Of a DNA stretch of 64,000 nucleotides, positions 51,803 to 64,000 are shown in pieces. The notes beneath the pieces are model-generated. The model was not told the origin of the DNA and searched no databases. It saw only the letters and a list, made by a program, of their open reading frames with translations. Both the position numbers and the translations under genes were made by a program. This DNA comes from Psilocybe cubensis (taxonomy: Eukaryota), in NCBI GenBank assembly GCA_017499595.2, contig CM039004.1, positions 2,480,001 to 2,544,000 on the forward strand, in the 5' to 3' direction. Positions within the stretch are counted from its first letter, which is position 1, and every line of letters begins with the position of its first letter.

Positions 51803-52960
51803 ATGGGGCCATATCAGACGTCAGCGAGAAAACGTAGACGAACGCAAGGAGCAGAACAAGAAGAATCATTCGAAGTCATCAAGTCTGAAAGATTTTGGTT
51901 CGAGGATGGGAGTGTCGTTTTACAAGTAGCCAACACCCAGTTTCGAGTGCATCGCTCAACGCTCGCCCGGCATTCAAGTGTCCTTCGAGATATGTTCAGC
52001 AAACAAAAGCCTCAGAAGTCTAAAGTTGAGATATTGGTTGAAGGGTGTCCTGTCGTCGTCCTGGCAGATAGACCCGAAGATATCGAACATTTACTGTCAA
52101 TTTTTTATGAAAGTATCAGGTCCGTGGTTCATTTAATAGAGGTTTTTGCGTACTCTAACTAATAACAAAGCTTTCAGAGTGCATGACTTGCGGGATCAAA
52201 TGGACATTGAATATATCAGTGCCATTCTGCGCCTCGGCAAGAAGTACGACATCGAATATCTTAAAGAAGAAGGCCTCCGCCGTCTACAGAGCGAGTTCCC
52301 TCTCACATTGGAGGATTGGGACTGCCGAAATGAGCGCAAAAATAAGGGCTTTTAAATTATCGACATAAATGACGCCGAAATTGTTATACAAGTTATCAAT
52401 TTGGCCCATGAACTTTCTCTGGAGACGGTGCTACCTGCTGCGTATCTTTTGTGTATCCAGACAACAGATATTGTAAGTGTAACCCGGTGTTTATTAGCAT
52501 GGGAGTAACAGATTTTCAGGAAGAAATTCTTGATAATTCTGTCAGCCCTTGTGGATCTGAATTGGAGAGGAAGGAAAATAGTGCAGCAAACTTGCATCCG
52601 ACAGCGTTCAAAGCCTACCTGATTGGTCGTAATAAACTTCTTTACGAAGTTCACAAGACTATCATCGGTTGGTTTTGCTCTGCTGATATATTTTCAGGAC
52701 CTGGGTGTTTAAACAACGCCCAGTGTGCAACTCGCAAGTCCGAAACTATAGCCTCTCTCAGGACGGTGAAGAACTTCAATTATATTTGCGCTCTAGACGA
52801 AGTAAAGGTCCCGTCTAATGTCCCTGTATGCAGGATTTGCAGACTGTCTCTCGAGCGGACTATTCACGAGATGCGCCAGGAAATGTGGAAAAATCTTCCC
52901 TCAATGTTCGGCCTGTCACAATGGGAGGAACTGAAGGATTTTGAACGTGGCGGATGGTAG
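51803..52960 (+). CDS. BTB/POZ-domain protein
   Basis: RFWFEDGSVVLQVANTQFRVHRSTLARHSSVLRDMF; VEGCPVVVLAD; AILRLGKKYDIEYL; MWKNLPSMFGLSQWEEL. Confidence 0.9.
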
Positions 52961-53331
52961 CAACGCCGATACAAATTATTTGCATCTTGTTGACTATCTA
53001 TCGGTACTGTTCTATTCTATCCATCTACATAAGCACTTTCCGACGAATTCCAGTCTTAAGTACAGCTCTTTTTAATTTAGCGATTATTATTGCGTATTTG
53101 TTTGCATCAGAAACAAAACATGGCAGCTACTGTAACACCTTTGCATTAGTAGTCGGTCAGACGGTCTTGTGTGTCTTAACTCAATCATTGCTCAATTGTA
53201 AAGACCCCTGAGTATTAGATAAACAAATAAGCAATATGTATTTAAATATTCAGTTATCTCGTTGATTGTGCGCTGAGACACCGGAGCAAGACTCTGTCTT
53301 TTACTTGCGACTACTCGTTGAATCAACATAT

Positions 53332-54532
53332 ATGACGCCAAAACCTTCGAAGAAATGCAAACAAAAACACGATGGTAACGTCTTGGAATCCGCTGAATTG
53401 GAAGAACAAGTCCTCGAAAATCGAAGTACTGGTTTCAAGACGGAAACATCATTCTCCAAGCTCAGAGCCTTCAATTCCGAGTACATCGTTCATTGCTTGC
53501 TCGACATTCCAACGTTTTCAAAGACATGTTCGATATCCCACAACCTCTTGAACCCGATCCCAACGCATACATCGAGAGTTGCCCCATAGTTGAAATGCAG
53601 GATTCAGCGTACGATCTCGAGTACATTATTTCAATATTTTACGACAATATCAGGTTCGTCCAGGACTCTAGATTCAGGCGTTGATGCATTTTGCGTTATA
53701 ATTTCAAGTTAATTGAATCATCCTCAAAAGACACCATATGCGAGAACCGATGAAGTTTAAAGACATCGCTGCCCTCTTACGCCTCGGGAAAAAATATGAA
53801 ATCGGACATTTTCAAGACGAAGCGCTTCGACGACTGCGTCACGATCTTCCATCGACCTACAATACATGGGAAGCCCAACTTGGTTGGGTGTATTGCCAGG
53901 ATGTTTGTCAAATACTTGAAGTTTGGAATTTTTACCCACAGATAATTTCTCTCGCCCACGAAATCGGTCTGGAGACTATTCTTCCAGCTGCATACCTATG
54001 TCTTATACAAAGTCAGAGTGTCGTACGTCACTATTATTTATTAAATATAGCCTTGATACTTACTTCCATTGCAAATCAGGAAAACATCCTGCAGGGCAAA
54101 TTTCAGTGGGTTGGACAAACTTGCAATAGAAGCGTACAAGAATCGGATCAAGAAACCACAATTTACAGTTTTCCTCAATCTGCTGTTCATGCATGCTTAA
54201 TAGGAAGGGATAAACTCCTCTGCGAGATACAGAAAACCTACATTGACTGGTTCCAGACGGATGTTGTGCTTCCTGGGGAAGACTGCACGACACCCTCTGA
54301 GTGCCAACAAGAAAAGGCAGAAACCTTAGCTTCGCTCACAGGGATGAAATTTTTTGATGATATCAAGGCGATGGATTTTGACACCGACTTCAACACCGAG
54401 ACGAGTGTTTGCTCCAGTTGTAAACGCTCCGTGAAAGATGTAATCCAACAAAATCGTATGGAGATCTGGAGCCGTCTGCCTTCGATATTTGGACTGCCTG
54501 ATTGGGAAGATCTCGAGGATTTCGATATGTGA
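53332..54532 (+). CDS. BTB/POZ-domain protein, tandem paralog with an apparent 1-bp frameshift near 53420
   Basis: SKYWFQDGNIILQAQSLQFRVHRSLLARHSNVFKDMF is in a different frame from the ATG at 53332. Also ALLRLGKKYEIGHF and IWSRLPSIFGLPDWEDL. Confidence 0.8.
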
Positions 54533-54967
54533 GAAACAGGAACCGTGGACTCAAAGTTGCATTAAAGCACGGGCCTCCCTTCGATCTATTATATACAAAA
54601 GGCGAGTTTCGTCGATGGTGTAGTTGTGCCGGTGCGCAGTAAAGCCGGACTGCCGGGAAAGTGCTATCTTATCTGACTTCGTGCGAGCAATGACGTTTAC
54701 GACAAGTTCTGAATTTTAATCGTGTTTCCCTCTTTCTACAAATAGTGATGAGTAAAGCAGAACCACAGCTGTAGTGCCATGGGAGCCAACAACCGGTATA
54801 AAAGAACAGTCATGTCCAAAATATCCATGGTTTTGGAGATTCCAAACTATTCTTCGAGTTTCTTCCCGGGATTTGTAAACAGATAAATGAGCAAACCGTG
54901 ATCCAACAGTCGCAGTTTCTTTCCACAACCACCATCATCCTACTGACCACCATCTACTAACATCGCC

Positions 54968-56067
54968 ATGAGTTTCTGTGCACACTGCGTCAAAGGTAAC
55001 GCGCCGGTCTATCATTCGTAATATAAACTCGAGAAAGCTAATCTACGCTTATTCAAGGTGTTACCCATGAAGGCACTCCTCAAGGTGAGCAAACAGTCAC
55101 TATAATGTATTGAGATTTCGTTGATTGAATAATATCAGGGAAGTGGGAGGATATCGCTGGAGTCAACACCTACGTTGCCACCCCTTCCGGTGACTACCCA
55201 AAAGACAAGGCTATCCTTTTCCTGACCGACGTCTTTGGCCCTCAACTCATCAACGCTCAGGTAAGCGCAAGGTATTTATAGGATTACAGGACAATGGGAA
55301 TCTGAACTTAATCTTCACAGCTGCTCGCTGACGACTTCGCTGCAAACGGATTCAAGGTTCGATCTATTGATGCAAGATACGTTTTCAAATATCTGATACT
55401 ATGCGCACATTACTAGGTCTTTGCCCCTGATTACCTCCACGGCGACCCAGTCCCCCCCGATGCGTTGAACCCAGGCAGCGGTTTCGACCTTATGAAGTGG
55501 TTCCCCAACCACACCCAGGAGAAGACTCGCCCATCACTTGATAAGGTTATTGCTGCCTTGAAGGAGCAAGGCATCACCGTCTTCGGAGCTACTGGTTATT
55601 GCTTTGGAGGTGAGTGCTCCATTTGTCGCAGACAAAGGGAAATAGTTACTTAACGATATTTTTAGGACGATACGTCTTCGATCTCGCATTCGACAATGTG
55701 ATTCAGGCTTCCGTTGTTTCTCACCCTTCTCTTCTCCAAGTTCCTGCTGATCTTGAGGTTTGTGCATGATACATTCCATTGATGTTTTGTCTTCAATTGA
55801 TCTCGCCTTTAGAAATATATTTCCACCTCGAAAGCTCCTCTGCTCATCAACTCTTGCACCGTCGACTCCCAATTCCCTCCGGAGTCGCAAGCAAAGGCAG
55901 ATGAGCTGTTCGGTGATGATAAATTCGCACCAGGATACAAGCGTGAATACTTTGATGGATGTACCCACGGGTTTGCCGTCCGTGGTGACATGAGCGACCC
56001 CAAGGTCAAGGCTGGAAAGGAAGGCGCATTCAAGTCTGCCGTCGACTGGTTCATTGCTAAACTCTAG
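54968..56067 (+). CDS. Dienelactone hydrolase family protein (AIM2-like), copy 1
   Basis: [46 protein letters not shown] nucleophile motif; [14 protein letters not shown]. Confidence 0.93.
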
Positions 56068-56165
56068 GTATACCAACCCAAACGCAATTGGGATAAATCA
56101 TCAGAGTTTTGAAAGTCTAAATATATGTAAATATATACCCTTCATCTGGTGTCGTCGGTGCGATT

Positions 56166-56888
56166 TTATTTGAATTGGTTATATGCAAAGGCACGGACTG
56201 GCGATCCATCTGCACCAGTCAAGTTCAACGGCACTAGGTTTACGATCCATTTGTCATCTGACGAAGTTTTCTGTGCTGCAATGAGCTCCTCCAGATTTGT
56301 GATATTCTCTGCAATCAATCCTCCAGCCCCCAGAAAAATCTCGTGAAACCCGAAGCCATCAGGGCATTCGGAGTTAGATGACGATTGGGGTGTTTCGTCT
56401 GGGTTTAGAGTATCCACACCGACCACACGAACTCCACGAGCGAGTAGTTGTGTTGCTACATCGGGGGCAAAATAAGGGTGGTCGTAGTACCGAGAAGTTT
56501 GATAATGTGCTTTAGACCACCCTGTGTTTATGAGGACAATGCCTCCAGGATGCATGAGGTGAGTGTGGGTCTCGAAACTTTCCCAAGTGATCCTCTGTCT
56601 CTCATGCAGTTGAGGCTTGCCATGAGAAGATTCTTCACCTGAAAGATCAACGACAATGGCCTCGCCAACAAAACGGTCTAGGGGTATCTTGTCGATTGTC
56701 TCCCCCTCAGCGAGAAAGTGGTATGGCGCGTCGATGTGGGTGCCTGTATGCGTTCCGAGGGACAGCTTTTGGACAGCATATCCGTCCTTTGAATGAGTAG
56801 CATGTGGTAAAGTCTGAAATTCTGGGTCAGATGGGTAAATCTGTGTTGTAGATGTCAAAGAATGACTGAGATCGATGTACTGTGTCAT
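56166..56888 (-). CDS. Cyclase family (kynurenine formamidase-like) metal-dependent hydrolase
   Basis: IDLSH; LGTHTGTHIDAPYHF; VLINTGWS; VGVDTLNPD; IAENITNL; GADGSPVRAFA. Intronless. Confidence 0.92.
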   Translation of the reverse strand: MTQYIDLSHSLTSTTQIYPSDPEFQTLPHATHSKDGYAVQKLSLGTHTGTHIDAPYHFLAEGETIDKIPLDRFVGEAIVVDLSGEESSHGKPQLHERQRITWESFETHTHLMHPGGIVLINTGWSKAHYQTSRYYDHPYFAPDVATQLLARGVRVVGVDTLNPDETPQSSSNSECPDGFGFHEIFLGAGGLIAENITNLEELIAAQKTSSDDKWIVNLVPLNLTGADGSPVRAFAYNQFK

Positions 56889-57607
56889 CTTCGCCGTTGT
56901 GATAAAAGAAAAACGTCCCACGTCGAGCTTCAAAAACAAAATATTTTTCGGGTGTACGGGCCGGGTATCCGGATGCTCCTTGGTCCAACCTTGGTCACTC
57001 TCAAGTTGGACCTCGACTTCAACATTCTACAGACGTTTAGCGTTCTAACCAGAACTTTGACATCGAGTATTAACTTCGATCATTGGTCTGTCATTTGTCT
57101 GCCCCAAGAAGCCAGCTTATTTTCAGAATTGGGAGGGGGCCTAGTGCTAAACACGAAGGCAAGCATCCGGATTGTGTTCGAACTAAAGAGGACTGACTAA
57201 TGCCATGTACGCCAGCCTAAAGATTTCAACAATCTAAACCACCACTTCTATGCGCAGTCGCCAACGTAATCGTTCCTCTATTACAACGTTGTCGAAAAAT
57301 ATGGTTCAGAGCATCTCCCTGCATCATGAACTTTGTTATGCGGATTTCCAAGTTTTTCCGGAGCTGACTGCGTCGCATTCTTTGATCCTAACCATTATGT
57401 TCGGTCGTTGAGCGATTGCGTTGCCTCCTGCAATGACTTCTTCCAACCACATTGGATGACAAGTTTATATTACGTTTCCCAGACCGGCTTCCACATGATT
57501 AGCATCATCATCGAATGACTTAAAAGCAGCCAATGCTTGTGCATGTGTTCCCAGAAACCGACGCGTCACCATTTCCTACTCTATAACGTCACTTTGCAAA
57601 TATCAAT

Positions 57608-58728
57608 ATGAGTTTATGCCCAGAATGCATCAAAGGTGAGGTCTCTTCGATAATATCTGTCAGGAATCTGGTCTCATGGACTTCCATTTCCACTATCTGT
57701 AGTCGTTAGACACGAGGGTACTCCGGAAGGTATTGCCTATGAGCTGCACAATCATTCACGGTTAACTAATGCTACATCAATCTCTGGTTTCTCTTTATGA
57801 CTCCAGGGAAAATCGAAAAGATCGGCGGTGTTGATACGTATGTTGCAACTCCTGCAGCCGACTATCCCAAGGACAAGGCCATTTTATTTCTGGCAGATGC
57901 AATGGGCCATCACCCTAACTCGTTTGTAAGCTCGTTTCAGCTTGCAGATCATCACAAGCTCAGTATTATACTGATTGATTTAGCTTCTTGCCGACGATTT
58001 TGCTAGGAATGGATTCAAAGTAATTTGCCTATTTTTTCTTGATGCTGATTGAAGACTAAGACTACACATTTCGCAGACTTACATTCCTGAATACTTGAAC
58101 GGCGACCCGGTTCCTCCTGATGCTTTCACCGCTGATGGACCACCTTTCGATATTCAGGCTTGGGTTTCGAGACACCCGCAGAGTGTAACTCGCCCTACAC
58201 TAGACAAATTCCTTGATGGACTAAAAGAACAGGGCGTTACCATCTACGGTGCTACTGGATATTGTTTCGGAGGTATATGTCAGCCTAAATTTCAATGTAG
58301 GGCAAGTCTAACTGAGAATGTAAAGGGCGTTATGTCTTCGACCTCGCCTTCGAAAATATTATCAAAGTTGGAGTCGTTTCGCACCCATCCTTACTCCATT
58401 GCCCCGCTGATCTTGAGGTTAGTCTTTGGGTCATTAGTCGTGGCAAAAGTTTGGCTCATTCATCATCTTCCAGAAATATTTCTCAACTTCAAAGGCGCCA
58501 CTTCTGATAAATTCTTGCCCTGTCGACTCTCAGTTCCCAATTGAGGCTCAGAAGAAAGCGGACGAACTGTTTGGAGATGGGAAGTTTGCTCCTGGATATC
58601 GAAGGGAGTTCTTCGAGGGCTGCGTCCATGGATTTGCTGTCCGCGGCGACATGTCAGACCCTAACGTGAAAGCAGGAAAGGAAGGAGCGTTTAAGGCGGC
58701 TGTTGAGTGGTTCATTAAACACTTGTAA
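57608..58728 (+). CDS. Dienelactone hydrolase family protein, copy 2
   Basis: [48 protein letters not shown]. Exon layout matches copy 1. Confidence 0.93.
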
Positions 58729-59292
58729 TTTGTACCTTGCCCTTTTGCCCTGCTTTTGAACTCTCACACAAAAAAGCAAAAAAGAAAAAATAGTTAATTT
58801 GATAGTTCCACAGCTGCCGGCCAAAATTTGTACCAATATTTTATGCGGTTTCTGAGTAGCAAATGACATTAAAGATAGACAAGTTAAAGACTCTGGCAAG
58901 ACTCAGGGGAACCAATGGTTCAGCAGGCTTCAAAAAAGTCTGAAGCGGTTAGCGGGCCGGACACAACTAGTGACTGTTTGGGACACCACCTTGACTCTGA
59001 CTCTTACCCTCATCCAGTTCTCATTTCGCATTCGTGCATGCTTGCAAGAGTGCGCGTATACTCTACCAGGGCACGAAAAGGAGTCATTCAAAGCATATTG
59101 TGGGTCATCTATCGCCTGGTCGATCTGTCGTTCCTTCATTTATAGTAGTCTTCTACGGGCATCTCATCTTAATCTGGCGATCTCCATGGCTGTTTTGCTT
59201 CGCTTGTTTTTCGATGCGCAAGCAAATCGACCGAATTTAAGGGACCATCTGCAAACAATTTAACCCACCGAAAGAAACTTGCCGAAGACGCG

Positions 59293-60496
59293 ATGGATCC
59301 GACTGCTTCAGATTCCTTGGCCAACCTTTCAATCTCTGGACAGGGAGGCCAGTCTTCCAATCAGAAATTAAACTCGAACCCAGGAAGAGATAAAAGGGAG
59401 AAAGGGAAGGCTAAATCTCAAAAGGAAGTTTCAAAGGATGGTCAGAAACAGACTCCCAAACCAAATCCTTCGAAAAGTACCAAGTTACGTGGTTTGGAGA
59501 AGGATTCGCCGGAAGTCAGGATTTCCAAAACTCTATCATGGCTTCTTCGCCATGGAGCTCAAGGTGAAGGTCTAGCGATGAGGAAGGATGGCTATGTGAA
59601 AGTTTCAGAGCTGGTGCGTGTTTATCATCACGCAGCTACAAGATCGGATCCTAACGAAAAGGTCACAGTTGGAAAACCCCAAACTCAAAGCTCAGACCGT
59701 TGACCTGGAGAGAATTAAAGCGATGGTTAAAGCCGACTCTAAACAGAGATATGACCTGGTTCTTGAGAGCCCCGACGGCAAGAAACTGAAGACATACGGA
59801 GATGACTCTGAGCCTATACCTTCAGTTACACCAGCTTCAGAGAGTCGAACTATTGATGCCGAAATAAGTAATCATACAGAATTGCACGAGGGGCAAGTGG
59901 ACAAAGACCAGGGAATATGGTGGATAAAAGCTCGCCAAGGACACTCTATCAAGGTGTGTGGTCACGATTGTTTCGATTTCTTACCGGTTGATATGCGGTA
60001 ACAACATTTAGACTGTTCAACTGGAACTCAAACCCATAACATCGATTTCTGACATCCCCACTGGCATTGCCGTTCATGGAACGAATAGAGCAGCGTGGCA
60101 ACTTATCTGTGGGTCATCTGCCTAACATGTACCTAGTCATAATAGCTCACCCAAGCTACAGCAAAACAAGGACTATCAAAAATGAAGAGAAATCATATCC
60201 ATCTAGCTCAAAATGTCGCAGGAGAAAATGTTGTCAGCGGTATGTAAACATTTTGGATTGTTTGTGGGTGAGACAACTTATCGTTTTGAATTCCAGGCAT
60301 GCGGACTTCTTCGCAGGTTCTAATATACATCGACATACCAAAAGCCCTAGAAGCTGGTATTAAGTTTTGGCTCTCGGATAATGGAGTTGTTCTTACTGAA
60401 GGCGATGCACACGGGATTTTATCGAAGGAATTCTTTTCAAAGGTAGTCGATGTGAAAAACGGGGAACTGAAGGACTGGAAAAATCTTACTGCTTGA
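59293..60496 (+). CDS. TPT1: tRNA 2'-phosphotransferase (Tpt1/KptA family)
   Basis: ISKTLSWLLRHGA; DSKQRY; IKARQGHSIK; AVHGT; GLSKMKRNHIHLA; GMRTSSQVLIYID; SDNGVVLTEG. Confidence 0.93.
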
Positions 60497-61070
60497 TCGA
60501 TATACCAGGTAATTTGCAGTAAAATGTAGCAGTTTGTGCCATTGCGCCTCTCAGATTGAGTTTCATTTTGATTCATGGTGTAAAGTACTAGGTCCAATGC
60601 TGGCAGACTCCTTAGAGGTCACACTCAGTGTCAGCCATATCCCGACTACTGCCGACAAGTTCTCGAAATGAAAAAATATAGTGATTTCAACTCTTATCAT
60701 ATCAGAATTTTAAGAAAGTGAATTCAGGGAGTGCTACTATGTACAAATGTCAAATCTTGTAACACTAGTTCCAACCTTGAAAGCTTGAAGGAAGTTCGTT
60801 CAAGGCAACGCGAGTCTGAATTGACGCGTCTGTCACGCGTCATAGTGCTGCAGTCACGCGGTTTTCGTGCCATTGAAATGTACTGGCATCAGTTCTGGTG
60901 TATTGCACCTGCCGACATCTAACTTCGCTCTGTCCTTCATGTCGGATTTTTTGATTTTGTATACATATACCAAGAAGTAGGAACCCATTTTGTGAAGAGG
61001 ACACCAGCAAGAACTCGAACTTGAGACTGTGCGCGCCATAACACTACCTTGGCCATCATAGAGAACCGCG

Positions 61071-64000
61071 ATGGAGGGTATGCACAACCGTATGAAGAGC
61101 ACAGGAAGGACCCTCGAAAGCGACCCAACTCTTCGTCTTAAAGCAAGGCCAGGGAATCGGCAGGACTATGAAGATCGCGAACACCTCGAGAAATCTACGT
61201 TCGGGAAGCGTGTCAAAGCCCAAGGCTCAAAAAGTGGAAGTCGTTCGCCATCTGAAGCTAGAGGAAATAAAAGCAAGAAGAAGTTAGGGCTGGGAAAAGC
61301 TGCTGCTTCCTCTTCTCCGGCGAAAGCGTACAGGAATGGCACTCAGGATACACAATCGAAGCTGGATAGTAACTCTGATGACGACGAACTCGACTTTTTG
61401 TCTGCATCCTCACAAGCCGGTGCTGAATATGATCCATCTAGCTCTCAGAGGCCGGTCCAGGCTTCAAAACCAAGCCTTTTCAGTGGAGCCAAACCTTCCA
61501 AGATTTCTTCCAAACACAACGACAGGCTCCTTACGCAGTCAGAACATGGGTACACTGACAAGAAAGGGAATTATCATGAATATGATCCCAAATTCCCTCC
61601 CAAGAAATTGCCTGGAATTTCTTTCAAAAAGAATAAATCCGAAGAGACGGGGCAAGATTCAAAATCTATTCCTTCTACTTCTCAGTCTTCTTCTCTACTG
61701 CCCGCGTCGAAGGAAAACAAGGTCCCTTCTAAGAGCAAATCGGCTCCTTCAAACCGTAACAATGTTTTGGATCTGACTTTGTCGTCTCCGCTCAAGGCTG
61801 AAAACGACAGTGATGCAAGATCTGCGAGCCCGTTAAGTTCGAGGAGTACTAACTCAAACCGTCCTGCCACTCCATCGACAGCCTCTGGTTCCCGTTTACC
61901 TCTTCCAGGAAGGAACCGCTGCGCTGCCGACGACATTCCGAGGCAAGACCCCGCGAATCTGCGTCTGAAAATTCGACCTAGGCCCCGACCAGTCGTTAAA
62001 TCGAAAACTACCATCGATGTCACAGATGTTCAGCCAAAGGACAGAAAGAAAGGTTTTCAATCAACGCCGCCTGCTACAAAGGTTCTCACTCAATCTCGGT
62101 CCGAATCTGTTCAAGCTATGTCCCCCAAGCCAAGAAAAAGAGTGCCAGCGCCATTCCCCCTCACAGCTGAAGATATGCTGGTAGACTCGACACCATTGGA
62201 GGAAACACCGAAGGCCCCTCGTTCATCTCGGCGTAAGCCGCAACAATTTCCTCTTCATTCCTTGGCCAGAGACAAAGGCAAAGGTAAGGCAAATTTGGAC
62301 GTCAGCGAAGACGGGGGTGATGAAGAAGAAGTGACAAAAAAGAAACCAACCAAACTTAAACCAAAACCATTTCCTATGAGCAAAGAGCTATTTTCTAGCA
62401 CCAGTATGAGCCCAGAATTTTTTCCTTCTGGGTCTGTAGGAAAGAGGTCGTCCGAAGCTGGTAGTGGAGACGAACGGGCTACCAAAAAATCTCGGCAGAG
62501 CTTGGACAAGTGGGCGCATTATCTCAATTATTTGGATAGTTATGGCATTAAACATATCTTTATCTTAGGTACATTCACGCTAGCAAAGGCCAACATATAC
62601 CATCTACGGAAGGAAATAAAAGTGAGCAGATATATGCAAACTGCGACTGATGATTAACTGTATGAATCAGTCTCTATCGGACTGTCACCTCGCGTTGACC
62701 CCAGGACCTTGTGCCCCTTCTGCGATACCCCATTACCGTCAGAACTTACGCCTCTTCTTTCAAACCTTCTGGAAACAACGCGGCAGATTGCAAGGAAGGA
62801 TCCTCGCCCTACCAATCCACTAGGTCTCAAGGCACCATTCACGACATATATAACAGTATGCCAACGACACCGTTTTGAGACCAAGATTCTCCCTGAAGCA
62901 GAGCAAAAGGGCTGGCCAAAGAAAATCAAATGGAAAAAAGTCAGCGGCCGCGTATTGAAGATGAAGACCTTCCTGCAGGCCCTTATTGAAGATCCTGGCA
63001 ATGACTCGAGGTCAGAATCGAGCGATTCTGAGTGGCAGATTTTGGCCACGACCAACTCAGGGAAATCGAAAAAGAGGAGTATAAAAGGCGCAAAAGCTAG
63101 GAGCATATTTTGGACGGAGTACATGAATGAAGTCAAAACGAAAGGGTTGAGGGCTATGTCCGGCTTTCAGGGGCAATATGCCACTTTCGATAAAGCTCAA
63201 CCTGGCTAGTAAGTTTGTACTTCGCTTTACTCAGATTGACACATTTCTCAACTGACCTTATTCTATGAAGTTACGGGGAAATGGGGTATGCCATTATCCA
63301 GCAGACACTGTATAACATGTTTCCTCCGTCAGAAATTGATCCGCAGTCGATCTTACCTTTAACGCCTACCGAATTCATTCAACGCATTCTTGTCCCTGAG
63401 GTAGCTCTTCATCTAATCATGGAAGACAGAAACTTGGAGGGAGATGAGGGTATGAAAGAGGCTTTGAAAATTCTTCGAGAAAGCTCAGCATATGGGGTTT
63501 CCATGTTTCCGGAAGATGCTTGTGAGCCTGGCGCATCGCAGAAACCCATCGACGAGACCAAACTGGGAGTTGGCGATAGGATTGTGATGGAAAGAGCGAG
63601 AAAGAGGCGTAAAGAACTCGAAGCTGAGGATGCAAAAGAAGAGGAGGAACAAAGACGTCAGGAAGAATTAGACAAAATAGCAAAGGAGAAAGAAGCCGAA
63701 GAGAAATTACGGAAAGACAGGGAATTGGCTCGTACAGAGATAGGTTCTAAGAGCAGCCAACCTGAAGTGCGTCCTCGACCAAGGCCGAGACCTCTTCCAG
63801 CAGACAGGTCTAAGAAGAACGTTGCGCATTCTGACGGGATGGCAAGCGAGAGCACAGACGACACCGACGCTTCCACACGAAGTGGTCGTCCAGTGGTCAG
63901 GCGGCACGTCGCTTCTGGCAGTGGTCTAGGAGGCATTCTACGTGGGTCTTCCGACTGGGATATGGAAAGAGACCACGGCAATCGCAGCAGTAGCCAAAGC
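61071..64000 (+). CDS. RTC4-like domain protein with a long disordered N-terminus; runs off the window end
   Basis: LCPFCDTPLP..DPRPTNPLGLKAP..VCQRHRFE..GWPKKIKW; QPG/YYGEMGYAIIQQTLYNMFPP..LTPTEFIQRILVPEVALHLIMED. Confidence 0.75.

Overview
Intron-rich fungal genomic DNA. The gene families (DUF6533, BTB, F-box/LRR, basidiomycete-type TET/JBP) point to an agaricomycete/Agaricales mushroom. The window has two parts. (1) Bases 1 to ~35.4 kb form an accessory, transposon-like tract. It holds an apparently intact CACTA/En-Spm (tnp2-type) DDE transposase and two genes of families I associate with basidiomycete DNA transposons. It also has three diverged paralogous F-box genes with shared exon structure plus a fourth F-box/LRR gene, a RING E3 gene, a membrane-anchored WD40 gene, a 7TM gene and three TET/JBP dioxygenase relics. 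Intron-containing captured fragments of the host genes DRG1/RBG1 and KCH1 and a 738-bp near-perfect inverted repeat about 16 kb apart are also present. The tract ends in tandem repeats, an AT-rich stretch and a ...CGCGTAGTG (reverse complement CACTACGCG) candidate terminus at 35416. (2) From ~35.4 kb to 64 kb the genes are ordinary: DUF6533 pair, Sds3-like, DUF6593-like, two SDRs, Grx5, GNAT relic, two BTB genes, two dienelactone hydrolases flanking a cyclase, Tpt1 and an RTC4-like gene. The best candidate for a novel system is a giant (at least 35 kb) cargo-carrying CACTA-type transposon with ubiquitin-ligase and DNA-demethylase cargo. This is an inference, because the left end is not in the window. 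All family assignments come from motif recognition by eye, with no database searches, and exon boundaries are approximate.
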